Notes: generated by a model not told the origin, from the sequence alone. Positions 18,269 to 27,321 are shown, counted from the stretch's first letter. The stretch is DNA of 64,000 nucleotides from an uncultured Clostridium sp. (GCA_945919455.1 CAMEJH010000002.1:4492-68491); one strand, 5' to 3'. Translations and numbers: made by a program.

Positions 18269-18823
18269 TTAGAACATCTCTCTATTATACAGCGTCTCTG
18301 CAAAGTCTTTATACCCTTCTAATTCATCATTTATAAAATCTATATCTAGCTCTTCTCTTCCTTCATCATTTGGATAGTACTCTTCATATCCCCATATTCC
18401 TCCACAATCTTCTGGATATGCTCCTGATTTAGCTTTTATACAAATTGGATTTTCAAGTTTTTCATTTACTTCTTTTTCTAGTACAATGTCATGTATCCAA
18501 TCATCGCCAAAATCATATACAAATTTAATTCTTTTATATTTTTTTAAATATTTATCAATTTTTTCTTTTCCAGAGTCTAGTGTTTTTCCTCTTACATTTT
18601 CTATATCATATTCATCTTCTGCAGGTACTCCTATAAACTGTCCCCTTTTATGCAATGTTCCACCTACTTCAAATTCATATAAATGATATCCGCACCATTC
18701 AAATGCTATTTCTATTATTGCAGCTAAATCATTAAATGTGATATTAGCAGGTATCTTTAATCTTCTCCATGTTGGTGGATGTGATTCCCTTATCATTATT
18801 TTTATTTCATAATGCTTATTCAT
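18269..18823 (-). CDS. plasmid pRiA4b ORF-3-like family protein
   Basis: PPTWRRLKIPANITFNDLAAIIEIAFEWCGYHLYEF matches the hallmark IWRRIxVPxxxTLxDLHxxIQ...HLHEF pattern of PF07929-like proteins. Confidence 0.5.
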   Translation of the reverse strand: MNKHYEIKIMIRESHPPTWRRLKIPANITFNDLAAIIEIAFEWCGYHLYEFEVGGTLHKRGQFIGVPAEDEYDIENVRGKTLDSGKEKIDKYLKKYKRIKFVYDFGDDWIHDIVLEKEVNEKLENPICIKAKSGAYPEDCGGIWGYEEYYPNDEGREELDIDFINDELEGYKDFAETLYNREMF

Positions 18824-18843
18824 ATAAATTTTTCCTCCATATT

Positions 18844-19233
18844 TTATTTAAATAATTCTATATATCCTAATTTAATAAAATGATTTATTTCTTGATAGCA
18901 TCCTACTTCTTTACTTGGCATTTTATATATATAAATTTTTTGATTAGTTTTATTTTGAATTTTCTTTGCAACTAAATAGCTCATTTCTGCAAAAGCTTCA
19001 TATCCAATATATCCTTCAATTCCGTTTTTATCAAAATTTAGAAGTAATAAATCGTCTGTTTTATTTAAATTTTCATAAAATAATTCATATGCATATTTAT
19101 ATTCCATTTCTATAGTATCATTTATTTTCTTAGGATAATCAATTACTTCATATTCTCTTTTTTCTAATGCTTCTTTTATTTTTTGTACTTCTTTATAAAA
19201 TTTTGCTGAACCAGCAATTACTATTTTTCTCAT
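18844..19233 (-). CDS. hypothetical small Rossmann-like protein, possibly nucleoside 2-deoxyribosyltransferase-like
   Basis: MRKIVIAGSAKFY opening only. Shares the conserved upstream promoter motif with the Nudix genes. Confidence 0.3.
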   Translation of the reverse strand: MRKIVIAGSAKFYKEVQKIKEALEKREYEVIDYPKKINDTIEMEYKYAYELFYENLNKTDDLLLLNFDKNGIEGYIGYEAFAEMSYLVAKKIQNKTNQKIYIYKMPSKEVGCYQEINHFIKLGYIELFK

Positions 19234-19257
19234 AATAAAATACCTATATCCTCTTTC

Positions 19258-19290
19258 TTCTTTTCCACAATTATATCACTATCTGTTACT
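19258..19290 (-). promoter_or_regulatory. copy 3 of conserved extended -10 motif AGTGATATAATTGTGGAAA
   Basis: Exact 19-mer at 19262-19280, ~37 nt upstream of the start at 19233. Confidence 0.5.
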
Positions 19291-19472
19291 AATTTAAATA
19301 TATATTTCGTTAAAATTTGTCTAATCACGCCTGTTCTCGCTCTAGATTTGACCAAAGTGTGATAATTTTGCCTAAAAGTGCAAGAAATAAGCTCTTGCTA
19401 GAATCTGGCAATTTATTAATATTTCTACCGTTATAATGGTAAGTTTTAAACTTACGACCTTTGGGTTATGAG
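19285..19472. repeat. imperfect direct repeat of the tRNA-fMet 3' half plus ~150 bp of downstream flank (att-like left boundary of a ~20-kb island); includes a 35-nt tRNA 3' fragment at 19438-19472
   Basis: GGTAAGTTTTAAACTTACGACCTTTGGGTTATGAG parallels tRNA 39522-39556. The adjoining GACCAAAGTGTGA(T/C)AATTTTGCC...TGCAAGAAA... aligns with 39435-39500 at ~75% identity. Confidence 0.55.
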
Positions 19473-19640
19473 AATTTGATTGTGATTTTTGAGAAATTTT
19501 GTTAACTTGAGTTTTTATTAGTTTTAATAGGGTTAGAGCAAATTGGTAAGATTATGAAATCGGTTAAAATATGTACTTTTTTGCAATGATTGTCCCCAAT
19601 TTGTCCCCAAAAATTTTTAATAAAAATGGAGGTTTTAACA

Positions 19641-19943
19641 ATGAAAATTTGTGATATTTTAAATAATAATGAAAGTGAAAATTTATTAAAGGAATGGTTA
19701 GAATTTAGAGAGGAGGAATTATCTCGTATGGATGAAAATGATCAAAAGCATTTAATTAATTTTGATGATTATTCTGAAAAGATTTTAAATAATGTTTCTA
19801 GTGAGAATTACAACTATGTTTCTAAAAAATTAGATTTAATCTATGAGGATTTTATGGAGTATTGTGCTTATTGGAATGATAAGTATTATATGAGTGGATT
19901 TAGTGATGCTATTAAGTTGATTGTTAGTGGGTTGAAATTATAA
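19641..19943 (+). CDS. hypothetical acidic protein (about 100 aa)
   Basis: ATG at 19641 with GGAGG RBS. The longer ORF from 19590 lacks an RBS. Confidence 0.4.
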   Translation: MKICDILNNNESENLLKEWLEFREEELSRMDENDQKHLINFDDYSEKILNNVSSENYNYVSKKLDLIYEDFMEYCAYWNDKYYMSGFSDAIKLIVSGLKL

Positions 19944-20027
19944 TTTAGTATAATAAAAAATGTGAACTTTGACTTTCTTAATCAAATGTCATTTTTCACA
20001 CTTTTATTATAATATTGTATTTAATAA

Positions 20028-20417
20028 TTATCTTCCACCATTAATTAAGACTTTTAAATTATTCCATGTCCAATTGTATATTTTATCCGATGTTTTAGCA
20101 GCTTTTGGTTTTTTACAGATTTCGTTTGCTCTTCCATTTAAAAGAAAATATGGAATCCCCTCTTCTTGTGCTATTGATATTTCTGCAGAAACCCCTGTTG
20201 CCTCATCTGTATATTTACCACATATTACAGCTACAACATCACAGCCTTTTATTCTAGTTCTAGCTTTAGCTTTCCAATCATTGTCAATTGTTTCTTTTAT
20301 CGACATATCAGTTATCTCGAAAGGAGAATCTTCATTTCTCGCTTGTCCTACTAATAATGTTTTTAAATCAGAGTCATTGTCATAATCAAAGCTTATAAAT
20401 GTTCTTTTTTTAGACAT
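20028..20417 (-). CDS. TIR-like (DUF1863/MTH538-type) domain protein
   Basis: KRTFISFDYDNDSD opening typical of DUF1863 TIR-like proteins. 129 aa. Begins 18 nt after the caspase-like gene. Confidence 0.5.
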   Translation of the reverse strand: MSKKRTFISFDYDNDSDLKTLLVGQARNEDSPFEITDMSIKETIDNDWKAKARTRIKGCDVVAVICGKYTDEATGVSAEISIAQEEGIPYFLLNGRANEICKKPKAAKTSDKIYNWTWNNLKVLINGGR

Positions 20418-20435
20418 ATTATATCACCTCCATTT

Positions 20436-21404
20436 CTATATTTGTTTTTTATCTACAAGTCTCCAGTAATGATATCCTAGAGCAGTCAGTTTGCATGACT
20501 TAGAATTCATAGCGGCAAAATACATATGATCTTCATCTACTGGTACTACTAGTCCTACGCTAGCCAACTTTTGAAGTTCTTTAAATATTGCAACATTTTT
20601 TTCATCCGCATATGGTTCAATAACCTTATGTTCTATATCAATAGCATTAGTGTACTCGAATGATGGGTCTAACTTGAACTCTTCTTGTGGAGTTTTAAAA
20701 TATTTTGTTAGATTTCTAATAATACTAATTGGTACTTGTGGTTCTATTTCTCTAATTGAATTAAATTCTTTAACATTTGTTTTAAATATTGGTCTTTGAT
20801 CCCATTCTCCTAATGCTTGGTCAATATATGCATATATACTACTTGGCGTTATCTTTCCATTAATATTAGCAGCACCGCCTTTTAAACCTTCCAATAATAA
20901 ATTTGTAAATACACCATGTCCATTTATTTCTTTTGATGTTTCATAATCAAGGCTAGATGTAAGAATAGAAACTCCTTCAGATATTGTACATTCATATCCT
21001 GATTCTATACTTGGTTTGCCAATTGCTCCCGAATAACAACAATCAAGTATAATTATTTTGTTTCTAATTTTGGATGAATTTGCTATTTTCAGTATATCAT
21101 CCATTGAAATTCCCCAATCATTTTCTGTAAAATCTGGTGTAACTATATAGCCACCTAGTTCATTTATGTATCCGTGTCCAGAGAAATAAAATAGTGCTGT
21201 ATCAGTAGTTCCTTCAAATAGTTTTTTTATTAAACCTAATAACTCACCTTTTTTTTGAACATTTAATGCTGTTTTTACGTCAAAATTAGGAGAACCATCT
21301 CCATTAGTATCTATAATAGATGCCAATGCTGTTGCATCATTTATACAACAATTTAATTGGTTGTTTGGATAGTTATTTATCCCTACAATTAGTGCTTTAC
21401 TCAT
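20436..21404 (-). CDS. caspase-like peptidase (C14/metacaspase family) with a C-terminal ~130-aa domain of unknown function
   Basis: ALIVGINNY...CCINDA, catalytic His in FYFSGHG and catalytic Cys in IIILDCCYSG, as in metacaspases. Confidence 0.75.
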   Translation of the reverse strand: MSKALIVGINNYPNNQLNCCINDATALASIIDTNGDGSPNFDVKTALNVQKKGELLGLIKKLFEGTTDTALFYFSGHGYINELGGYIVTPDFTENDWGISMDDILKIANSSKIRNKIIILDCCYSGAIGKPSIESGYECTISEGVSILTSSLDYETSKEINGHGVFTNLLLEGLKGGAANINGKITPSSIYAYIDQALGEWDQRPIFKTNVKEFNSIREIEPQVPISIIRNLTKYFKTPQEEFKLDPSFEYTNAIDIEHKVIEPYADEKNVAIFKELQKLASVGLVVPVDEDHMYFAAMNSKSCKLTALGYHYWRLVDKKQI

Positions 21405-21514
21405 TTATCATACCTCCTCTTACTATAAATGAACGATTATCTCTCGATATCCTCATTTTTCTTTGTTTTTTATTTTTATTATTTTTATAATAATAATCTA
21501 GTATTTGTTTTTAT

Positions 21515-22084
21515 TTAATATTCTTTTAACTCACCACCACTTAGCCAATCCTTTAATGAAGTATATTTATTATTTACCTGTCCATCATTTACCCAAAAAT
21601 CATATTTACCACTTTTTTTATCTTTTGCATAATCAATATACGGATATATTCCTAAATATTCTAGCCCTTTATACTCATTGCTTCCATTATTTAAAATTGG
21701 TAATATTGCAGCTCTATTCTTTTTTCCATCTGCATATCCTAATTCCCAAGGGCACCACTTTGAATTAACAATATTTCCTGTAGCAATATAAGATAATCCT
21801 AAGCAATTATTTATTCGCTCTCTCAAAATTCTTGCTGTCTCTGATGATACATTTTCCCTGTCTTGCAATGAGCTTTCTTTCCAATCTATATAAACTTCAT
21901 ATCCTGCTTCTTCGAATTTTTCATATAATACTTCCACTAATTCTTTATCCATAAAACTATGCGAAATAAATAAATCATAATTTTTATTAACTATAAATTT
22001 TCTATTTTCTAGCAATAAAGAAAAATTATTAAAATTATTTTTTTTCTTTAATTCATTTTCTAAAAAGCTTTTAGTTAAAATCAT
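21515..22084 (-). CDS. TIR-domain protein (ThsB-like)
   Basis: DLFISHSFMDKELV...GYEVYID...SKWCPWELGYA contains the bacterial TIR motifs, including the conserved Glu in WCxxEL. Confidence 0.7.
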   Translation of the reverse strand: MILTKSFLENELKKKNNFNNFSLLLENRKFIVNKNYDLFISHSFMDKELVEVLYEKFEEAGYEVYIDWKESSLQDRENVSSETARILRERINNCLGLSYIATGNIVNSKWCPWELGYADGKKNRAAILPILNNGSNEYKGLEYLGIYPYIDYAKDKKSGKYDFWVNDGQVNNKYTSLKDWLSGGELKEY

Positions 22085-22185
22085 ATTTTCACCTCCAAAT
22101 TATTCATATATAACTGCTTATTTATTATATCAACTTAAATCTATTTTTTACATACTTAAAATGCGACAAAATAGTTATTTTTTAA

Positions 22186-22566
22186 CTATTTTGTCGCATT
22201 TTGTGTCATTTTATAATTTTCATAAAATTCATCCACATTATTTTTCTTTAAACATTCTCGAAGTGATTCTATAATTCTAACTTTCTCTTCTAGAGTAATA
22301 TTTTTACCTTTTAAAAATTTATCAGATATTTTTATGTATTCTTCTTCTGTTATTCTGTTTATTTCGAACAAATTATCTAAGCTTACTTCATATATATTAG
22401 CTAATTCTATTGCTTCTGTTATACTCATATCTCTTCTATTTGTTTCCCAACTTGAAACCTTTGAACGACTTATATCTAATTTTTCAGCCAACTGTTCTTG
22501 TGTAATTTTTTTACTTTTTCTTAATTCTTTTAATTTTTCTATTATTGCATAGTCCATATATTTCAT
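22186..22566 (-). CDS. XRE-family HTH transcriptional regulator
   Basis: ITQEQLAEKLDISRSKVSSWETNRR, the HTH_3 pattern. Confidence 0.65.
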   Translation of the reverse strand: MKYMDYAIIEKLKELRKSKKITQEQLAEKLDISRSKVSSWETNRRDMSITEAIELANIYEVSLDNLFEINRITEEEYIKISDKFLKGKNITLEEKVRIIESLRECLKKNNVDEFYENYKMTQNATK

Positions 22567-22683
22567 CCCTCTAGCTACTTATAACACATCTTTTATGCAT
22601 TTTTTGTCGAAACTTGTCAGTTGATATAAAAAAAGCAAAATAATTCTGTAAAACTAATTACATTATTATTTTGCTTTTTCAAA

Positions 22684-23913
22684 TTAATCTTTTTCTTTAA
22701 TCAACCAGTCCAATACATTTATCTTCTTTATTCCGTCAAAATCAGCATCTAAGTCATCATCTAATGTTAATATATATTTAGGATAATTATCGCTTATCTT
22801 CTTTAATGGAGCTAATTCTCTTTCTAATACGCTACTATTACCATCAGCAGATTCCCTTGTAGTTAATGCTACTTGATAATAAATTGTATTTTCTGAATTT
22901 TTTGCTACAAAGTCAACTTCTAAGTCATCATATTTTCCAATATAAACTTCATATCCACGCCTTAATAATTCAAGGTAGACTACATTTTCTAAGATATGTC
23001 CCATGTCTTTACCAGAGCCTTGACCTAACATATAATATCTAAGTCCTATATCTACTGCATAATATTTTTCCTGTGTTTTTAAAAATTCTTTTCCTTTTAT
23101 ATCATATCTATTTGCTTTATACACAATATAACTATCAATAAGTGCTTGAACATATGTTGAAACAGTATTATATGAATTATTTTTTTCAAGACCTTCAATA
23201 TTGTCACTTATGTTTTTCATACTTGTTCTATTTCCTATGTTATCATATAAATATTTAGTTACTCTTTCTAAGGTGTTTTTATCTGTTATTCCTTTTCTTT
23301 GCATTACGTCCTTAAATAAAATTGTATTGTATATTCCATCTAAAAACAAGTTAATATTTTCTGGATTAATTTTAAATAATTCGATTGCTTGTGGAAATGA
23401 ACTATATCGTAAATAATCTCTAAATTTTCTTGATAAATCTGTTTTATCTTCAAAAGCTGATAAATATTCTTTAAATGACAATGGCAACATTTTGATCTCT
23501 ATATATCTTCCTGTAAGTAATGTTGCAAGTTCTGATGATAAAAGCCAAGCATTTGATCCAGTTATATATAAATCAACATCTTTATTAATAAAAAGACTAT
23601 CTACTGTTTTTTCAAATTCACCAACTTTTTGAATTTCATCTAAAAATATATATGTTTTTTTACCTTTTACCAGTTTTGATTTTAAATATTCATATAATTT
23701 TTTTCTATCTTGTAATTCTTCATAATCTGCATCTTCAAAGTTGATTGATATGATTTGATTCTCTTCTACTCCATTTTCTTTCAAATAATCTTGAAATAAC
23801 TCTAATAAAGTAGATTTACCACATCTTCTAATTCCTGTTATTACTTTTATAATTTGTTGATCTTTGAAATTTCTTAATATAGATAAATAATCTTCTCTTT
23901 TTATTCTCTCCAT
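22684..23913 (-). CDS. AAA-family ATPase (AAA_14 + DUF4143 type)
   Basis: Walker A GIRRCGKSTLL, Walker B IFLDEIQ. ATG at 23913 with GGAGGAG RBS. The longer ORF to 23964 lacks an RBS. Confidence 0.7.
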   Translation of the reverse strand: MERIKREDYLSILRNFKDQQIIKVITGIRRCGKSTLLELFQDYLKENGVEENQIISINFEDADYEELQDRKKLYEYLKSKLVKGKKTYIFLDEIQKVGEFEKTVDSLFINKDVDLYITGSNAWLLSSELATLLTGRYIEIKMLPLSFKEYLSAFEDKTDLSRKFRDYLRYSSFPQAIELFKINPENINLFLDGIYNTILFKDVMQRKGITDKNTLERVTKYLYDNIGNRTSMKNISDNIEGLEKNNSYNTVSTYVQALIDSYIVYKANRYDIKGKEFLKTQEKYYAVDIGLRYYMLGQGSGKDMGHILENVVYLELLRRGYEVYIGKYDDLEVDFVAKNSENTIYYQVALTTRESADGNSSVLERELAPLKKISDNYPKYILTLDDDLDADFDGIKKINVLDWLIKEKD

Positions 23914-24086
23914 AAAATCTCCTCCAACTATTTTTATTATACTATTTTTTATTATTATAGTCAAGTTTTTTCAAATTTATGAAAAAACTTTTGAATTTTA
24001 TTAAGTTTTTTCATATCGAGAGTATAATAATATTATTTTTATCTATTAAAAACACTAAAACGACTATCAATAATAGCCGTTTTTTA

Positions 24087-24845
24087 TTAAAAAATACTTT
24101 CAAATTCTAAAGGAACTATATCTTCATATAATAAAGTAAACTGTGAATTAACTTGCCTATAATCATGATAATGTCCAAAATACCATTTATTAAACTTACA
24201 TTTTTCTGAAATTTCTTGTAAATAATCTGTTAAGATATCTTTTTTATAAGATGGATTCAATAGTGTTTGTATACTAGTTGGGCAACAATGAGAGATAATA
24301 TAATCAACTTTATAATTTACTTTTTCTAAATTCTTTATTCCGTTTTGCATTTCTTCTTCAGTTGGAAGTTCCAAATCCCACCATGAATAATCTCTTATTC
24401 TAAAATATGCACCCCTTTTTCTATATTCATATATTTTCTCTTCTTCATCTAAATTTAATATTCCATCTTGTATGTCATGTGACCTTGCACCACCAAATGC
24501 GAAAATCTTTTTATTATCTATTTCAAATATTTCTCCACGCATTAGATGTAATACTGAATCTCTTATTTTATGTACTTTACCACCATGCCACTCTTCTACA
24601 GGATATTTATATAATCTTGTAAAATTTTCGTGATTTCCATCTACAAATAATGTTGTAAAATTCTTTTCATCTAGATAATCCAACCAATACTTTTCTTGTA
24701 TATTTTCTTTTTCAAATGTCCAAACTCCACCAAAGTCGCCACATATTATTACATAATCATCTTTGGTCATTTCATTTTGAATTGGGAAGTTTTCGATTAA
24801 AAATCTGCTAAAATCAGCATGTGTATCTCCTGTAATGTAAATCAT
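24087..24845 (-). CDS. calcineurin-like metallophosphoesterase
   Basis: MIYITGDTHAD...ICGDFGG...GNHE motifs. Confidence 0.65.
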   Translation of the reverse strand: MIYITGDTHADFSRFLIENFPIQNEMTKDDYVIICGDFGGVWTFEKENIQEKYWLDYLDEKNFTTLFVDGNHENFTRLYKYPVEEWHGGKVHKIRDSVLHLMRGEIFEIDNKKIFAFGGARSHDIQDGILNLDEEEKIYEYRKRGAYFRIRDYSWWDLELPTEEEMQNGIKNLEKVNYKVDYIISHCCPTSIQTLLNPSYKKDILTDYLQEISEKCKFNKWYFGHYHDYRQVNSQFTLLYEDIVPLEFESIF

Positions 24846-24871
24846 AACGACTCCTTTCTATTATGAATTTA

Positions 24872-25243
24872 TTATATTATACTATATACCCTCCTTTTTA
24901 AATTTATAATTACTATCCATATTGTTAAATTGACTATAAAAGATATCAATATAATATAAATCAAATTGAGTTTATTAAAATTATAACATAAAAAACTAAT
25001 TAAAGCGGTATTAAAAATATAATTTATGCAATATAATGCACATCCTAGCCAACTTGGGTGTCTTCCCTTTTCATAAATACTTGACGTTAGAAAAAAAGAA
25101 AGCATATGTAATATAGTCCCTCCAATAATTATGTTAAAAATATCTGCATATACACTTGATTCAAAATACATTGCATATGGATTTGATAAGCAAAACTGTC
25201 TTATAAATACACTTAGTATATTAAATACCTTATACATATACAA
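24872..25243 (-). CDS. small integral membrane protein
   Basis: 123 aa, with three or four hydrophobic helices. Confidence 0.35.
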   Translation of the reverse strand: MYMYKVFNILSVFIRQFCLSNPYAMYFESSVYADIFNIIIGGTILHMLSFFLTSSIYEKGRHPSWLGCALYCINYIFNTALISFLCYNFNKLNLIYIILISFIVNLTIWIVIINLKRRVYSII

Positions 25244-25292
25244 CCTCCTTTATAAATTTTTAGGCATCTAGATAAAAGATGCCTATATTATT

Positions 25293-25631
25293 TCATTTTT
25301 TGAATAACTGCTTAATTCGTTCAAATAGTCCTTTTTTATTATTTTTTTGTTGATAGCTTTCTAACCATTCAACATTATTATCTGTTATATAATAATGTGA
25401 CCTACATGGTATACTAAAGTTACCTATTGATGGTCTAAGTGTAATTGCTTGTCCATCATATTTCATTACCCATCCATATTTTTTATCGATAGGAGTTACA
25501 GTTCTTTCACCACATCCGCATGCACATCTATGTACAATAACATTACAACTAATGCACACATACAAAATACCATCCTTTAAGTTTGAAGGAATTTTATCAA
25601 CAAACTCAACTTTAAATTTATTAGTTTTCAT
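25293..25631 (-). CDS. Cys-rich (zinc-ribbon-like) small protein, operon partner of the E1-like gene
   Basis: CISCN...HRCACGCGER cysteine cluster. Overlaps the E1-like gene's stop by 11 nt. Confidence 0.4.
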   Translation of the reverse strand: MKTNKFKVEFVDKIPSNLKDGILYVCISCNVIVHRCACGCGERTVTPIDKKYGWVMKYDGQAITLRPSIGNFSIPCRSHYYITDNNVEWLESYQQKNNKKGLFERIKQLFKK

Positions 25632-26781
25632 GTACTATTTCTCCCATCTCAATTGAATAAACATTTTGGCATTGAGTATCATCATTTTCATATATTTTAA
25701 AATATTTTTTCCATTCTATAACTGCTATTGTTGCATTTAAAGCATTACATTCTGCAATTTGAATATTTGTATTATATACATCATTACCATCTTCATCAAA
25801 ATCAAGATATATAGGAATTCTGTCGTAATTAGTTTTGTTAAAGACAGTAGTTCTTACCTGACCATTTATAGTGTCATTTATATTTTGTAGCCCAATTCCT
25901 GTATCTATAAATGGTATTTCTTCTAAGACAAGATAATCTGTAATTAATTTTCTTGCTATTCCTGAATCAATACATATAAATACAAAATCCATATCTTTTA
26001 ATACACTAACATTTTCTTCTTTAATAAACATGTCATGTTCTATTAAATTTTTATGCATATTTTGATAATTTGCTTTAAAATAGCTTACCTTTGACATACT
26101 TTTTGGAAATATTTCTTTACTCGCTGCTCCAGGACTTCTAAAAGCATTATGCTGACAAAATACATCACCATCAATCAAATGTATTTCTTTGACATTAGTT
26201 TTCGAAACTAAATCAAGTATATATGCTCCAGTTCCTCCAAGTCCAATAATTGCTATTTTTTTGTCCAACATTTTTCTATTGCAATTGTCAATTCCTGCTC
26301 TTGATGAATTTGTATCAATATATTGAAATACTGATTCTTCTTCTGTTACCACTTTTTTAAATGTTTTTGCAGTTACTGAATTATCTTTATCTATTGCTCT
26401 AGAAGAAATTATATTAATATAATTTACAAATTTTTCATAATAATCTTTATAATTTTCATCTGGTTTATTTGAAAATGAGCGTTTCACATTTATTCCAGCT
26501 AAAATTGAATTGCTGGCACTATGCTTTATTTGTGTAATTTCTGTTCCATCTGCATTACAAGGTTGATCTCCTGAAAAATATATAACATGGTCTCCATTAT
26601 ACTTAGCCTTATCACCTTCAAAAGCAATGCTTGACACTAATGTACCATAATCTATTTCTCCATTTGCTTTCAAGTATGGGATATGGGAAACAATCCCATA
26701 TCCATTATTTACATCTAATTCATATCCTTCATTTTGAAGTTTTTTCAAATCATCGCTATGATTTATTAGTTCTTGTGACAT
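25621..26781 (-). CDS. E1-like (ThiF/MoeB/UBA-family) adenylyltransferase with an N-terminal ~170-aa extension (possible E2-like domain)
   Basis: Rossmann IAIIGLGGTGAYILDL and LIDGDVFCQHNAFRSPG (the DxDxV...N..R adenylation motif). N-terminal extension has a single Cys in GDQPCNADG. Confidence 0.6.
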   Translation of the reverse strand: MSQELINHSDDLKKLQNEGYELDVNNGYGIVSHIPYLKANGEIDYGTLVSSIAFEGDKAKYNGDHVIYFSGDQPCNADGTEITQIKHSASNSILAGINVKRSFSNKPDENYKDYYEKFVNYINIISSRAIDKDNSVTAKTFKKVVTEEESVFQYIDTNSSRAGIDNCNRKMLDKKIAIIGLGGTGAYILDLVSKTNVKEIHLIDGDVFCQHNAFRSPGAASKEIFPKSMSKVSYFKANYQNMHKNLIEHDMFIKEENVSVLKDMDFVFICIDSGIARKLITDYLVLEEIPFIDTGIGLQNINDTINGQVRTTVFNKTNYDRIPIYLDFDEDGNDVYNTNIQIAECNALNATIAVIEWKKYFKIYENDDTQCQNVYSIEMGEIVHEN

Positions 26782-27019
26782 TTATCCTCATTCCTTTCTT
26801 AACCATAACTACTTGTCCCTTTAATAAAAAACCATTTGGTTTTTCATTATTTCCTTTAAAATAAATTACAGTATAATTTGTAGAATCATTATCTTCATAA
26901 TGTCCAAAAGCTAATCTTATAACTTCCTCATATGAAATTTTTTCTTTTGCTACCTCTTTTTCTTCACCATTTATAAAAATAGTGATTTCATGTTTGTTTT
27001 TTAATTTTTCTTCTATCAT
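26756..27019 (-). CDS. small beta-grasp/ubiquitin-like (multiubiquitin-type) protein
   Basis: 87 aa with an EITIFINGEEKEV...ISYEEVIRLA pattern. Overlaps the E1-like start by 26 nt. No C-terminal Gly-Gly. Confidence 0.35.
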   Translation of the reverse strand: MIEEKLKNKHEITIFINGEEKEVAKEKISYEEVIRLAFGHYEDNDSTNYTVIYFKGNNEKPNGFLLKGQVVMVKKGMRINVTRTNKS

Positions 27020-27090
27020 TTATAATCTTTCCTTTCTTTAAAAAATAAGCAAAAGAACAAGGCAATGCAACTTTAGGCCTTGTTCTTATT

Positions 27091-27321
27091 TTATCCTCTA
27101 GGAGGATATGGATCTTTACCATAAGTATTCTTACTTTGAATTCTTCCATTTAATCCATGTATTATATGTTCAGAATTATTCTGTTTGGCAATTAATCTTC
27201 CAGCATTTTGAGCATCTTGCTTAGTAGCATATGTATTGATTGCCTTTGATGTATTTTCAAATTTGTTTTGCCAACCATTTTTGTTATGAACAGTATGTAC
27301 ATTTTTGTTCATTTTTTTCAC
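27091..27321 (-). CDS. DUF2188-family small protein
   Basis: HVVHNKNGWQNK...DAQNAGRLIAKQN...YGKDPYPP matches the DUF2188 pattern. Confidence 0.5.
   Translation of the reverse strand: MKKMNKNVHTVHNKNGWQNKFENTSKAINTYATKQDAQNAGRLIAKQNNSEHIIHGLNGRIQSKNTYGKDPYPPRG

Noticed and set aside
19438-19472. Possible second tRNA gene
   Set aside because: Only the anticodon-stem to T-stem portion is present (35 nt, about 85% identical). No acceptor stem, D-arm or CCA context. Interpreted as an att-type partial duplication rather than a functional tRNA or pseudogene of independent origin.
25621-26781. ThiF/MoeB biosynthetic enzyme interpretation
   Set aside because: No thiS/moaD (Gly-Gly), thiG, moaE or molybdopterin genes are nearby. 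The context is a defence island, and the protein has a 170-aa N-terminal extension not found in ThiF/MoeB. It was kept as E1-like with conjugation-system context, though this cannot be proven from sequence alone.
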